Virus record (IMG/VR): IMGVR_UViG_3300009095_000059 | Location: 1-27,645 of that record | Direction: 5' to 3' (one strand) | From: a virus | Taxonomy: Duplodnaviria > Caudoviricetes | DNA: 27,645 nucleotides | Shown: piece after piece, positions 27,056 through 27,645 of the stretch | How the letters are laid out: each line of letters starts with the position of its first letter | Position numbering within the stretch: position 1 is the stretch's first letter | Program-made: the position numbers and the translations under genes | Notes under the pieces: generated by a model | Database searches by the model: none | The model's input: only the letters and a program-made list of their open reading frames with translations | What the model was told of the DNA's origin: nothing

Positions 27056-27645
27056 CGCTGTAAAATACGCCATAGATTTTAACCTCGCTAACGTTCACAC
27101 ATGCCTGCCAGCGCAAATAATCTCATATGATTATCAAAAACAAAAAGCGCAAGTTAAGCCAGTGATAAGCAAAAGATGGACTGATGGAAATTTTTCAGAA
27201 ATGCCGATAATTAATGGCGTTCCTGTTATTTTCCCAAGCTCAGGGGGAGCTTCCTTGACGTTTCCAGTAAAAGAAGGTGATTTTTGCCTGCTGGTCTTTG
27301 CTGAAAGAAATATTGATTTATGGAAGACAGAGGGACGACAAAACCCAATGGACTCAAGAAAGTTCAATTTGTCGGACGCTATCGCAATAATGGGCATTAC
27401 TCCCTTTTTCCAGGAGAGCAAAGCGGAGAATAACCAAGACGTTCTTTTGACATATCAAAATTCAAAAGTTAGAATCAAGGAAAGTGGAGAAATTCAGCTA
27501 GAAACTTCAGGAAAAATTGCAATTGGAACAGCTCAGAATGAGCTTTTAGATATTCTTTCAGAGACTTTGGGGTATCTTGCAAACTCCTTAAGCACCAGCG
27601 TAGGCACACCTTTTACTTTTTCGACACAATGGGCAGCTTTAAAAG
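27039..27645 (+). CDS. Baseplate central spike, Gp138-like N-terminal OB domain (3'-truncated; not in the ORF track)
   Basis: MTSLTDAVKYAIDFNLANVHTCLPAQIISYD...VPVIFPSSGGASLTFPVKEGDFCLLVFAERNIDLW...RKFNLSDAIAIMG; runs off the window. Confidence 0.85.
   Translation, partial: MTSLTDAVKYAIDFNLANVHTCLPAQIISYDYQKQKAQVKPVISKRWTDGNFSEMPIINGVPVIFPSSGGASLTFPVKEGDFCLLVFAERNIDLWKTEGRQNPMDSRKFNLSDAIAIMGITPFFQESKAENNQDVLLTYQNSKVRIKESGEIQLETSGKIAIGTAQNELLDILSETLGYLANSLSTSVGTPFTFSTQWAALK

Noticed and set aside
673-27421. Antisense and alternate-frame ORFs in the track (e.g. 673-870, 1819-2211, 4743-5330, 8911-9132, 14302-14586, 18349-18651, 24716-25027, 27134-27421)
   Set aside because: They are shadows of well-supported genes, with no recognisable motifs.
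13553-27645. Tailocin, eCIS or gene transfer agent rather than a phage
   Set aside because: Complete head and packaging modules plus a replication initiator with iterons indicate a genuine phage or prophage.
1-27645. Host assignment (impression of similarity to phage-like regions in environmental Chlamydiae assemblies)
   Set aside because: An impression only; no host gene, att site or marker is present in the window, so it needs a database search.

Overview
A continuous, AT-rich segment of a tailed phage or prophage with a contractile tail. No integrase, lysis genes, tRNA, CRISPR array or host gene is visible, so host and lifestyle cannot be assigned. Order on the + strand: lambda-O-like replication initiator with internal palindromic iterons; small early ORFs including a SpoVG-like protein with an SSB-like tail; a displaced cluster of fibre/adhesin-like genes (2.85-8.15 kb); three short minus-strand ORFs; a P63C gene; an intrinsic terminator; then a tightly coupled late operon. 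That operon runs DUF1064 nuclease, ParB-N protein, T4 beta-glucosyltransferase-like GT-B enzyme, TerS, TerL, DUF1073 portal, minor head protein, DUF2213 protease/scaffold, decoration protein, DUF2184 major capsid, neck genes, DUF3383 sheath, tube, chaperones, a short tape measure and baseplate genes, ending in a truncated Gp138-like spike. Two observations stand out: (1) the same ~92-aa domain is inserted into three unrelated virion proteins (capsid decoration, head closure, tail sheath); (2) a ParB + BGT-like glycosyltransferase pair is translationally coupled to the terminase genes, a candidate packaging-linked DNA glycosylation system. All family assignments come from motif recognition and synteny by eye, not database searches.
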